Shown here piece by piece: positions 1 to 10,200 of a stretch of 64,000 nucleotides of DNA (position 1 is its first letter; each line of letters starts with the position of its first letter). Under the pieces are notes generated by a model. It was not told the origin of the DNA and did no database searches. It saw only the letters and a list, made by a program, of their open reading frames with translations. The stretch is taken from IMG/VR virus record IMGVR_UViG_3300042888_001941, positions 1 through 64,000 of that record, one strand, 5' to 3'. Source of the stretch: a virus. The translations under genes and the position numbers were made by a program.

Positions 1-3000
1 TTCTGCGGCTGATGCTTCTAGTGAAGCGTGGCCACCAGCGAGTGTTAGCTGACCGACAGGAACATCAGTTCCGTCCTCAGCACGAACAACACCTGTGTGG
101 AAATATGCGTACTTGCTGCGGCTGCGCGGTGGCTTAGTTCCAAAGCTCATTCCGATGTGGTCAACGTGCCATGCTGCGATGTGGCCGAATACGTGGCCTT
201 CATCATCTACAGTAAGAGGCGTTGCCTTCTGGAGTTTTGGATTGTCAAACCATTCACGCGGCGGCGCGACTGGAATGGCGCCAGCAACTACTCCGCACGC
301 TACAAGCGCGGAAGCTTCTACTGGATCCATTTCGTCGACGTAAACTCCGTCGGGAATCACGATGTCCTCCTGTTTCTCGTCTTCAACGAGGTAGATTTGG
401 CACTCTTGAAATGCCGGTTTTGGCACGAGAGTAACAGCCATAACTCGTGCGTGAGTAATCACGAGCTTGTCTGCGCCAATCTTACCACTGTCTTCTTCTT
501 CTGATAGATCAGCTCTTTCTTCATTTGCTTCGAACTGATCCAAATCCGCGGATACTCCACGGATAAATCCATTGCGCACTAGGCGCTCTGCCTCTTGTCC
601 ATATTCACCCTGGTCAAAGACTCCGGTGGCATTTCCAATACCATTTTCAACTCGTTCCATATGGTCGATACGACCAACAACAACTGAACCGTTATGGCCT
701 TCAGCAGATTTGATCTGCCACATAAGAGGGAGTGGTAACTCACGAATTTCAATCGCGCCCTTCTTAAACTTGCGACCATCACCAGACTCTAGATCTTCTG
801 GGATAACAAGAGGAATGCTGAACTTACCGCCGTCCTCGTATTCAATGTGGCCGCTTGCCTTGAGAACGCGATTACGCGCATCTTTAGCTCGTGCTGAAAG
901 AGACGCAGCCTCGATTACTTGTTCGCTTGAAAGGATCTCGTCCATAGCGAATACTCCTTTCTTCATTCCAGGGTTGTCCTTATCACCAGGCCACATACCT
1001 GTCATTTCCTTGTGGCGTAGTGAGCAGTAACCCTTAGCTCTTGGTCCCATATACTTCTTTAGGTTGCGGTAGCAACGTGTCCAGTCTCCTGGAGTGTTCC
1101 AACGAATCTTTACAAGACCGCCCTTACCAACTGTCCAATAACGGCGTAGGTTCTCAGCGTTGCCGCGATTACGGTCAGGGCCGCCAGCAGCCGTGAGGAA
1201 CATGATACTTCCGCCTGCGCCCCATAGAACTGTAATAAAGTCCTTATCTGGAGTTGCGCTAGCGGCAACTGGAGCAATACCGTCTACCTGCTCAATTACT
1301 GACTTTAACGCACCTGAGTCAAGCGGCACAACAGGTGGAGGAGTCGGAGAATTCATATCAACAAGGAGAGCCTCGTTGCGTATCCACTTGTTATCTTTGC
1401 GTGTGTACGTCATAGGATCTGTGCTGGTTGAGCTTGCAGGCACCAATGAAACAAGTTCAAGAACTGCACCTGGGTCATCTTCTGAAACAACAGCAAAGAA
1501 TACTGGTTGAACGTCTGAGGTCTCAGGCGTCATCTCTTCTGACTTGCCAGCCTTAGCGGCAGAAGCTACCTTAGGAACTGCAGGCTGATAGTAAAGTTTG
1601 TTTGGATAGTAGTACTTACCGTCTGATCCTTTAACCTTCTTGTTAAGGAACGGTGCAAGCAGCGGGTGCTTGTAAGGATCCATAATCATCTTTACACCAG
1701 TAAGATCTTCAAGTTCTTTTAGGAAGTCTGGCTTTTCATATTGCTTAGTCTGCCCTGGTCCAGTGATAATTTCACTTCCAGGTCTAGTGACTGGCTTACC
1801 TGCAGCATACCCATCGCGCTGATCCTTAACAAATCCTGGCCAATCGTTTTGTGCCTTTGCAAGATCACTTGCATTCATGCGAGGAAGTGTTCCTGGCAAT
1901 TGCGCGTATGGACGGTCAATAGGTGTACGAGGCTCTGCAAGAATTCCTGAAGTATCCAAGGGAGTTTGATCTGGAGCTTGACCTTGGCCTGCAGAATACG
2001 TAGGCCTATTTGGGGCAAGCTCAACTGTAGTAATTGGAACTTCTATAGTGTTGCCACTTCCTTCTAGTGTAACGCTAACTGTTTGCTTGGCTTGGTTGAT
2101 TGCAACGATTCTACCTGAGCCTTTCGCTGCGTCTCCGCCTACCACTACTTTTGATCCTACCTTAGGCCTTCTTCCAAATTTTCCGCCTTTTTGACGAGGC
2201 TGATCTTCAACGGCATCACTTCGGTTTTCAGATGTGTAGATTCCATCACCTGGGATTCCACCTGGTGTACTGGCAGAAGGAGTTTCACCTGCCGCAGTTA
2301 AAGTTCTGTCAAGAAATTCTAAGTCTAGCTCATTTGCAGCCGCAAGAATCATTGAAGCTTCGTCGTAGTCAATGTCAAACAAAGACACTGGGCGATACGC
2401 ATCTTGCTGGAATGATGCAGATAAGAATAGAGCAGACTCAGGGTCAATTTCAATATGAGTCTTTTCTGTTACGTCATCCTCTTCATCAAGAGCGAGGTCG
2501 TAACTTGCAAGGTCAGGGCTGACTCCGTCCAGCATATGCCAGTGCCCAGAGTCCCATACGGAGACAAGTAAGTCTTCATCAATTTTGTATAGGCGGTCAA
2601 TGCCTGAGCCGTCCATACGCAAACGGGCAAGAAATTCAACTGCTCCATTTTCAGGGGAGAATGCCGCAAGATCTGCATCGTAATTATTCTCTGCTACAAA
2701 GTCAAAAGGATCTGCAACGTAACCGAGGTCTGCGTAACCGTCAGCCTTTAGCGCTTTCTTGTTTTCGCGCTCGACAATTGCTCGCGCCCAACGCCACGCG
2801 GCGTCGCCACCCCAGAGAGCCCACGCGATACGCCCGCGAGACGGGAAACCGTCTTCGCCTGGCTCATAGCCTTTCGCCTTCTTATCAATTTCATGACGAG
2901 GAAAATATTTCGCAATATGGCGAACTTTCTCGATACCAATTTGTCCGCCCTTCGCGAGTGTGCGTGCACTGTTAACTCCTACGGGAGTACCACCACGCTT

Positions 3001-3294
3001 GTGCTCTTTGCGCCATTCAAGGCCTCTTTTTGCCTCGGCCTGCGCTGCTTTAGGAATTGTGTATAGTCTGCTGCCTGCTGCAACGATGCTTACGTCTAAA
3101 GATGTCAATGTTGCCTGGGCTAGCTCTAATGCTGAAGAAATATCTTTACGGGTAGCTGGCTTCCATTTTGCAGAAGCAGTGAGTGAGGAGAAAGTTCCAG
3201 TCTCAACTACAGTGTTTTCATCTAGGTCAATGATGACTGCATTTACATCATCACTGAATAAAGCGCGTGAGCCACTCTGTCCTACATGTTTCAT
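1..3294 (-). CDS. Capsid maturation (prohead) protease polyprotein, partial (>1098 aa, runs off left edge)
   Basis: Not in the ORF track. My translation from ATG 3294 (overlapping the stop of 3291..4283) is open to base 1. The C-terminal part has ESGDGRKF..LPLPLMWQ..GH..VVGRID..RGVSADLD..TLVPKPAF and then PPREWF..PLTV..GHVFGHIAAW, as in actinophage maturation proteases. N-terminal modules include PSRGRIAWALWGGDAA and KIRWNTPGDWTRC. Confidence 0.8.
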   Translation of the reverse strand, partial: MKHVGQSGSRALFSDDVNAVIIDLDENTVVETGTFSSLTASAKWKPATRKDISSALELAQATLTSLDVSIVAAGSRLYTIPKAAQAEAKRGLEWRKEHKRGGTPVGVNSARTLAKGGQIGIEKVRHIAKYFPRHEIDKKAKGYEPGEDGFPSRGRIAWALWGGDAAWRWARAIVERENKKALKADGYADLGYVADPFDFVAENNYDADLAAFSPENGAVEFLARLRMDGSGIDRLYKIDEDLLVSVWDSGHWHMLDGVSPDLASYDLALDEEDDVTEKTHIEIDPESALFLSASFQQDAYRPVSLFDIDYDEASMILAAANELDLEFLDRTLTAAGETPSASTPGGIPGDGIYTSENRSDAVEDQPRQKGGKFGRRPKVGSKVVVGGDAAKGSGRIVAINQAKQTVSVTLEGSGNTIEVPITTVELAPNRPTYSAGQGQAPDQTPLDTSGILAEPRTPIDRPYAQLPGTLPRMNASDLAKAQNDWPGFVKDQRDGYAAGKPVTRPGSEIITGPGQTKQYEKPDFLKELEDLTGVKMIMDPYKHPLLAPFLNKKVKGSDGKYYYPNKLYYQPAVPKVASAAKAGKSEEMTPETSDVQPVFFAVVSEDDPGAVLELVSLVPASSTSTDPMTYTRKDNKWIRNEALLVDMNSPTPPPVVPLDSGALKSVIEQVDGIAPVAASATPDKDFITVLWGAGGSIMFLTAAGGPDRNRGNAENLRRYWTVGKGGLVKIRWNTPGDWTRCYRNLKKYMGPRAKGYCSLRHKEMTGMWPGDKDNPGMKKGVFAMDEILSSEQVIEAASLSARAKDARNRVLKASGHIEYEDGGKFSIPLVIPEDLESGDGRKFKKGAIEIRELPLPLMWQIKSAEGHNGSVVVGRIDHMERVENGIGNATGVFDQGEYGQEAERLVRNGFIRGVSADLDQFEANEERADLSEEEDSGKIGADKLVITHARVMAVTLVPKPAFQECQIYLVEDEKQEDIVIPDGVYVDEMDPVEASALVACGVVAGAIPVAPPREWFDNPKLQKATPLTVDDEGHVFGHIAAWHVDHIGMSFGTKPPRSRSKYAYFHTGVVRAEDGTDVPVGQLTLAGGHASLEASAAE

Positions 3295-4283
3295 CCGGTG
3301 TTTTTTCCTGTCTCATCGGTAACTGGTCCGCCTGCAATCCACGCGTCACACGTACGCGAAGCTGCACACTTAAAGTCTAACGCCTCGCAATATCCTAAAT
3401 CGCCCGCGGCAACCACGTCATAGGAATCTTCAACGTTTTCGTCGCCTTGCTGCAGACCTTGGGCAATACAGCCTTGCATCTTAGAGGTCTGAATAAACGC
3501 CGCGCAGTTACCGCATAGGCTCTTCTTTGCATCGCCTATGGTGACGCTCCAGCGGTCTGCCTTGACCTGCCAGAACTCGTCATTAGGCTCCGCAGGGTTA
3601 AGTGGGCCGTACCCTACGTTGTCAATTGCGTTCTGACGGTTCTTGATATTCAATGCAATGTCCTGCGTTGCAGGTGGGCATGATGTATCAGCCGCGGCGG
3701 TCATTGCTGACGGCTCGCCAAAAACAATCTCGCGAACAAAACCTTCTGGCATTTCTTTACCGTCCTGCATGTCGAGGATCCATGCGTTAGGTCCTTCTGG
3801 GTCAATACCGCCTAGAGCTGCCATCACTAACTCAAACATACCGTCAGAAGTAACCTTCATGTTAGGATTTTCTTCTGTGCCTTCAAGTTGGTCATAAAGA
3901 TCTGGGTAGTCATTAAGAACCTGGTCAATATCTGCTTGCACGTTGATAAGTCTTTGGTCGACAGGCTCTTCCTTAAGAGCTTCAAGAGACTTCATTATAG
4001 AAAGCTGCTCTTCTTTAACGGCAATCTTTTCTGATGATTCTTCCCTGGCTGGCCCAAAACGGTAAGACATTGACAAGCCAGTTGTTGCAACAGATAGGTA
4101 GTCGTCTACCTTATAGTTCGAGCTGAAGTTCTTGGCTCTTTCCATAAGCATTTTTTCACGCTTCTTTGGATCAAACACTTTACGGTCATTATCAAAGACG
4201 TACTTAAAGCCTTTGTCTGAGGCTACAATTGAAAAGACGTGCTCTTCTGTGCCAAGGTCATATGCGCGGATTACTTTTATCAT
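3291..4283 (-). CDS. Head-module protein with C-terminal Cys-rich domain
   Basis: 330 aa. C-terminus CPPATQD..NRQNAI..YGPLNP..CGNCAAF..GYC..FKCAASRTC; tightly packed in the head operon. Confidence 0.65.
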   Translation of the reverse strand: MIKVIRAYDLGTEEHVFSIVASDKGFKYVFDNDRKVFDPKKREKMLMERAKNFSSNYKVDDYLSVATTGLSMSYRFGPAREESSEKIAVKEEQLSIMKSLEALKEEPVDQRLINVQADIDQVLNDYPDLYDQLEGTEENPNMKVTSDGMFELVMAALGGIDPEGPNAWILDMQDGKEMPEGFVREIVFGEPSAMTAAADTSCPPATQDIALNIKNRQNAIDNVGYGPLNPAEPNDEFWQVKADRWSVTIGDAKKSLCGNCAAFIQTSKMQGCIAQGLQQGDENVEDSYDVVAAGDLGYCEALDFKCAASRTCDAWIAGGPVTDETGKNTG

Positions 4284-4289
4284 TTCGTC

Positions 4290-7200
4290 TTACCTCTTCC
4301 AGTAGTTTCTCTTCATTGATTTTGCAAGCGCGTCATTCTCGGCTGTGCCTGGTGTCGCGATTCGTGCAAGACGTTCTTTCATCGCATCCTTGAATGCATT
4401 GTAGCTTCCCCACTTCTCAATGATGGCGGCAAGCTCTTCACCTTTAGGCTGGAACAAAGGATTATCAAGATTGGTGATAAGCTTGTCTACCTGGTTTAAG
4501 AACATCTCTTTAGTGCGTGCTTCTCCAGCAGTATCTATAAGTCTAGGGATAGCTGATTGGTACACGTCTCCAGCTGATGGCCAGTTTCTTCCCAAGAAGG
4601 AAGCTATGCTGTCATCGTCTGTGTCAATGTTGATAAGGCCATGATCAATTGGGAATATTCTCAACTTGTTAGTGGCGTTATCAAACGCGACCATCCAGTT
4701 TGCATCATGACGGTCTTCAGAGTCTCCGAGCATATCTATAATTGCCATGCTAAGAATATCCTCAGGATTACTTAACATGTCAACAAAAGTTCCATTGTTT
4801 CCAAAGAATCTGTTTCCAGCCTCTGGATTTACTACTCCGTCGTAGAACATCTTTTCTGCGTTAACAGGAGATGCGCTAATAGGTAGTGTAGCCCCAGCTT
4901 CGGACATGATAAACACGTCTAGGTTCTCACGAGATGCGCGAACATCTGGAATACCGTGAAGACCAAGAGCGTTAAGTACAACGTTAGCCTCAACCTCGCT
5001 GGTTAGTCCTCGTACGCCATTCCACTCTCTAGAAAGATTCTCTTCCTTGACAAAGAATACTTGTCCGCTTTGCTTATGAATAACTTTGAACGTTGTGTTC
5101 TGTCCACTTTCATACTTACCTAGTGGAGTTGCTGTAAACCCAGCAGCTTGCAGCGCTTCTGAGTTGTCCAAGAAGTCGTCTACCGAGAAGTCAGTGAGTG
5201 CCTCGCCAATTCCTCCAAACGGATCTGCAAAGTCATAGTCTGCACGGTACTCTGCGTCAAGCCCTGTGCGTAGACGGAACAAATCGTCCATAGGCATCTT
5301 GCTATCTTTATCAAGAAGCTGCTTTGAGACGTATGAGTTAAGAGCTGCCTTAGCCGCAGGAGACAAGAAGCCGAGAGGGCGATTGTTTCTTAGCGCGTCG
5401 CGAATTGCTTCCATATGAGGACCAAGCTCTGGGTTATCAGCCTGGAATGCATTGTCCATAACTTGAGCAAGAGCGTTAGCACTCATATTTGGCTTATTTT
5501 GTCCAGCCTTGATGCGGCGCTCAGCGTTCTTAATTTGATTGTAGTTAACTGCTTGCTTCTGCTCGCGCGCATCTGGAGTTAGATGCTTAACACCGTCCCA
5601 CGGCTTTTGTATGAGAACTTCTTTTCCTAGCCAATTTTCTGCACCTGGGTACCAACCAACAAGCGCTACCTCAAGAGGAGTAGGAAGACTATTAAGATCT
5701 CCTCCACTAGCTGCAAGCTTTTGATTTAGCTTTTCAACAAGAGCTTTTTCTTCTGGTGTTCTCGCCCTACGCTTAAGAAGGCCTATCACGTCTGCAGCGA
5801 TGTACTGGTCTTGCCAGTTAAATCCGTTTAGTGCCCAGACAAACGCGCCTTGCCAGCTTCCTCCTCCTGCAGCAAATACCTTTACCTTTTCAATTCCATT
5901 AGCAATGTACCAGTTTTCCATGTAACGGTTGTAGGCGCTAGCAAATCCTTTTTTCTTGTTTCCTCCAGCAATTCTAAGAATTTCGTTCTTTACTGTAGCT
6001 TCATACGTTTTATTGCCCTGCGCATCAGTCGTAACTTCAATGCTCATGCTGCGAGTGCCGTCTCCGACTTCTCGACCATTTTTTTCAACAAGAAACCCTA
6101 TAGACAAAGAGTATCTTTCTTTTCCAGATTGACGTTCTTGAGCATCACTTCTTACATAAGATCTTACGCTTGTAGCATTTATTGAAAAACCTTCAGACCC
6201 AAAAGAAACGCCTTGGCGGGATCCAAAAATATCCTTAACAATTTCATTTAACGCTTTGTCTGCGTTAATTTTAGCTTGCACATCTCTAGAGTCTGAGGCG
6301 TCAGCGACTGCTTTTAGAGCTGCAGCCAACGACTCAAAAGAAGCTCTTGTTGTGGCAGCCTTAGCAATTTCTGCATCTCTGTCGCCCCACGCAGAGAAAT
6401 CAGACTGCACTACGCCTTCTTGAACAAGAGGCTTGATGTTATCTGGAATTTCACTTGTGTCGTTAATTCCCCACGCTGCTCCTGAGCGGGCAACGTTAGG
6501 AGCTGGTCTAATTGGAGCGTCTAGACGAGATTCAACGTCTGTAGAAGGAGTGGCAGGTGATGGCGCAAGAGAACCGGAAGGCGCGGTAGCAAGAGACCCA
6601 TCAGGGTTAGACACTGCCTTAATCTGATTTGCAGAGCGTACAGCAACCTTGCCATCATCAAACTTAATACGTACATACTCTGGATCATTCTGAATACTTA
6701 CGACTGTTCCACGCTTGCCATCACGATTAGCGGTGACAATTGAACCTGCGCCAACTACAGAACCGTCTGATGCGAGCGTAGTGTTATTGACTGAGTATCC
6801 AGCTTCACGAGCACCTGGGTAGACGAAAGTAGACGCAGGAGCTTCTGTTGCTGGCGCAGCAGGAGCTGGCGCAGCGGGAGCTGGAGTTGCATTAGGGGAA
6901 CGAAGTGCAACCTCTTGACGAATTGCTTGCGCTACTCCTTCAGGCAGTTCTGTCCAGCCGTACGCTCTTCCTCCAGGGCTTAAAAACCAATCAGCGTCGG
7001 ATTCAAGACTTACTGCCCCACCATTAGGGTGAATCGAAATTACTTTTGCATCTTCAAGGTCAGTTTCCGCAGTTTGAACGAGCAGTATGCCATTGTTAGG
7101 GTTGTACGCAATAAACTTAACATCTGGAGACATTCCATTGCTGAATATTCCAACTAGTGCGTTAGCAGCGTCATCCAGCATGAGAACAGTCTGTGGTGAC

Positions 7201-10200
7201 GTTGAAGGGTCTTCTTCATTGATGTCTGCAAGCGCGTCTGAGAACGGAGCAAATTCAACTGAGCTGCCTGGTGCTGCTTCTGTTGCAGGAGCTGGAGGTT
7301 CTTCTGGGTTAAGAAGTCTAATGTCTGGATCTGGCGCATCAACAAGAGATGAATCAAGTCCTGCAGCATCTACTGCGTCGCCATCAAGAACTTCTCCATT
7401 AACGTCTGTGTAAAGACCTTTTTGTGCGTCCCAACGAATGTCCTCACGGGAAAGACGCTTAATAGCTTCTTCTTCTGACATGTCATTTGACTCATCACGA
7501 AGATTAAATAGAATTTCGTTGGTGTTAATATTTAGAAGTTGTAACGCATCACGAAGCGCTTCTGCCGGCACTTCAGCTACTCCAGCATCTCCTCCAAAAT
7601 CTAGAAGAGCTACACCAGAACCATCGGTAATTGCATCAAGCATCTGGTCAATAAGATCTGCTGGATTATAGTCTGCAGCTAGTATTCTAGGATTGTCAGT
7701 ATAACCATTTTCATCAATGTCTGGGACTGACGGGATGTATGGATCTGTGTCCATGTCAAAGTAGTCTGGATTGTCATAGTCAACAGGAACGTTCTCTATG
7801 AGAGATCCAGTAATCTTCTTCTCTGACTCACTTCTTTTATACGCGGGTGACTCGTCGTCAGGGTCTGCTTCCTTAATCTGACGAATCTCGTCAGTCATGT
7901 CCTCAATAAGTTGAACATCCTCAGGAGATGATACGCCTCCTTGAGCGTCAAGAAGTTTACGCACGTTGTTGCGGTTACCGTTAACTGCATCGTACGCATT
8001 GGCGATGACACGGTTAGGGTCTCCACCGGCCTCGTAGACTGCGTTGTAAAGAGCCTCGGCCAGCACAAACTCTTCTCCAGCGTTGAACTCGAGAGCTCCA
8101 CTGCCTGTGCCACTAACTTCTCCTGCGCGACGCGCTGGTGCATTAGTTACATCTTCAAGATCTGCAAGATCTGGGAGATCATCGTCGTCTCCTACGTTTG
8201 CATCAAGGATGTCCTGCATTGCATCATCGTTAGGACGGCCAATCAACGCTTGTGTAAACGCAGCAACAAGATCACTGAGGCTGAACTTTGTTGCAAGGCG
8301 CCGTGGGTCATCTGTAAAGTCTGTTGACTCTTCATCGATGCGACCTTCTGGCTCATATTCTGTGGTGCGAAGTTGGTATGCCCCAGCAGGCTTATCGAAA
8401 TCTCCGAATAGAGCAGGAGATCCTGGTGTGCTAGGGCTTGGTGCTTTTGGGAGTGTGCCTCCACCTGGTGACGGCGGTTCGTCTGGGCCGGAACCAGTAA
8501 TATCTTGAAGAGCTTCTTCCCAGTCTTCTTGCGTGCTGAGTCTTGACATAAGAATACCATCTTCGTTACTGTCAGGCCCATCGCCAATTAGTTTCCTTGC
8601 AAGTTCTTCAGACACTGTCTTTTCTGGGAATGTAAAACGAACAACACGCTCGTCACCAAAAGCTAAGCCCGTCTGTTGCGGACTTAGATCTACGTAGATT
8701 CCTAAATCGTTTGCCTGGTCAACAATGTGCTGCATTATTGTTTTTTCGTCGTCCCAAAGATCATCCATCTCCGCTAAAATAATGTCATATTCTTTTCCAT
8801 CTGGTTTTTCAATAGAGTTAGTTGAACCCCAGATTCCACGTGACGTGTCTACTGGCCCTGAGCCAGAAGGTGGTTCGCCTGGGCCGCCTACCTTGTCTAC
8901 TCCGTCTCCAAGATTTTCATCAAGATCTAAACCGTAGGCTTCATTAAATGCATCTTTAGCATCTGTAGGTATGTCAAATGTTACTCGCTTAGTAAGCCCA
9001 TCTTCGCTAGTACTTACTACCTTGACACCGAGCTTATCAAGACCTTTACCTTCTAGCCACTTAGCAAGCGCTTCTTGCTCAGTCATCTCTGTTGGGTCTT
9101 CATCTTCAAGCCCTGGAATGTCCTCGAACATGTCGCTTGAACCTAATGTTTCAAAGTCAACTGTGTAGCGTTCGCCTGGGCCTGAGCTACCTTTTGCTTC
9201 TTCAATCATTCCATCATCGATAAGATCTTGGAACGTTACACCTTCTTCAAAGTCACCATACGCTTTGACAAAATCAGCTTTAGCATCTTCAGGGATTTCC
9301 AAGACAGACTCTGGTCCGCCATATCCATCTGTAAGTAACTTAACTTTGACACGTCCGTCAAGACTATTAGCTTTTAACCATGCATCAAGAATTTCTGAGT
9401 TTTCATAATCGCCGTCTGGGTCAAGACCGATTTGTTCAAGTGTCTCTTCATCACGGAGGGCGTCGAAATCAACTTTGTAATTCTTGCTTTCGACAGAAGT
9501 AGCATTGCCAATACCACGAAGAGCTTCGTTTACCTTTTCTGCGTATTTGTCATACTGCTCATCAGACTCCCAGTCGATACCGCCGTCGTCTTCAATGCGA
9601 CCAATAATCTTGTCGCCAGGCTCCCATCCATCTGGGTACATAACAACGTTTCCGTAATTGTCAGGTGCAAACGTTACACCCTCCATGTTGTACTCTCCAG
9701 TGCTGTCTTCACGCATTTTCTTATTAAGAGCGTCCAGCGTAGACTTGTCAATTTCAACAAAGTCTTCAGTAACGACACGAGCGTCGTATCTGTCGTCTCT
9801 AGGCTCTTGTGGGAATTCGCGTGGAGGCAAGTTCTTCTCCATGTTGCGACGAAGATCTTGTTCTGCTTTCTTAACTTGTTCAGGTGTAGTTGGCTCTGTT
9901 TGAGGAGCTGCTCCAGGTACTCTGTTTCCGTCTTCGTCAACGTAGTACATTACAGCATCTTTGTCTCTAACAATTGGGTTGTCCTTTGTAAATGTATCAT
10001 TAAGATAATCTACTAATCCTGGAACACCTTGGTTGTCAATTTCATCCCATGACTCAAAACGACGTGAAGGGCCACGGCCGTCGGTGCCTTCTGCTGGAAT
10101 CCATCCGCCTGAGTGTCCAGCAATGTACGTTCCATCGTCGTTGAGACGCGCGATGATTGGATATGTTCCACCATCACGTAATGGCATTTCACGAGTGTAT

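Noticed and set aside
95-3322. Many short ORFs in the track, mostly plus strand
   Set aside because: They are shadows of the continuous minus-strand protease ORF 3294..<1.
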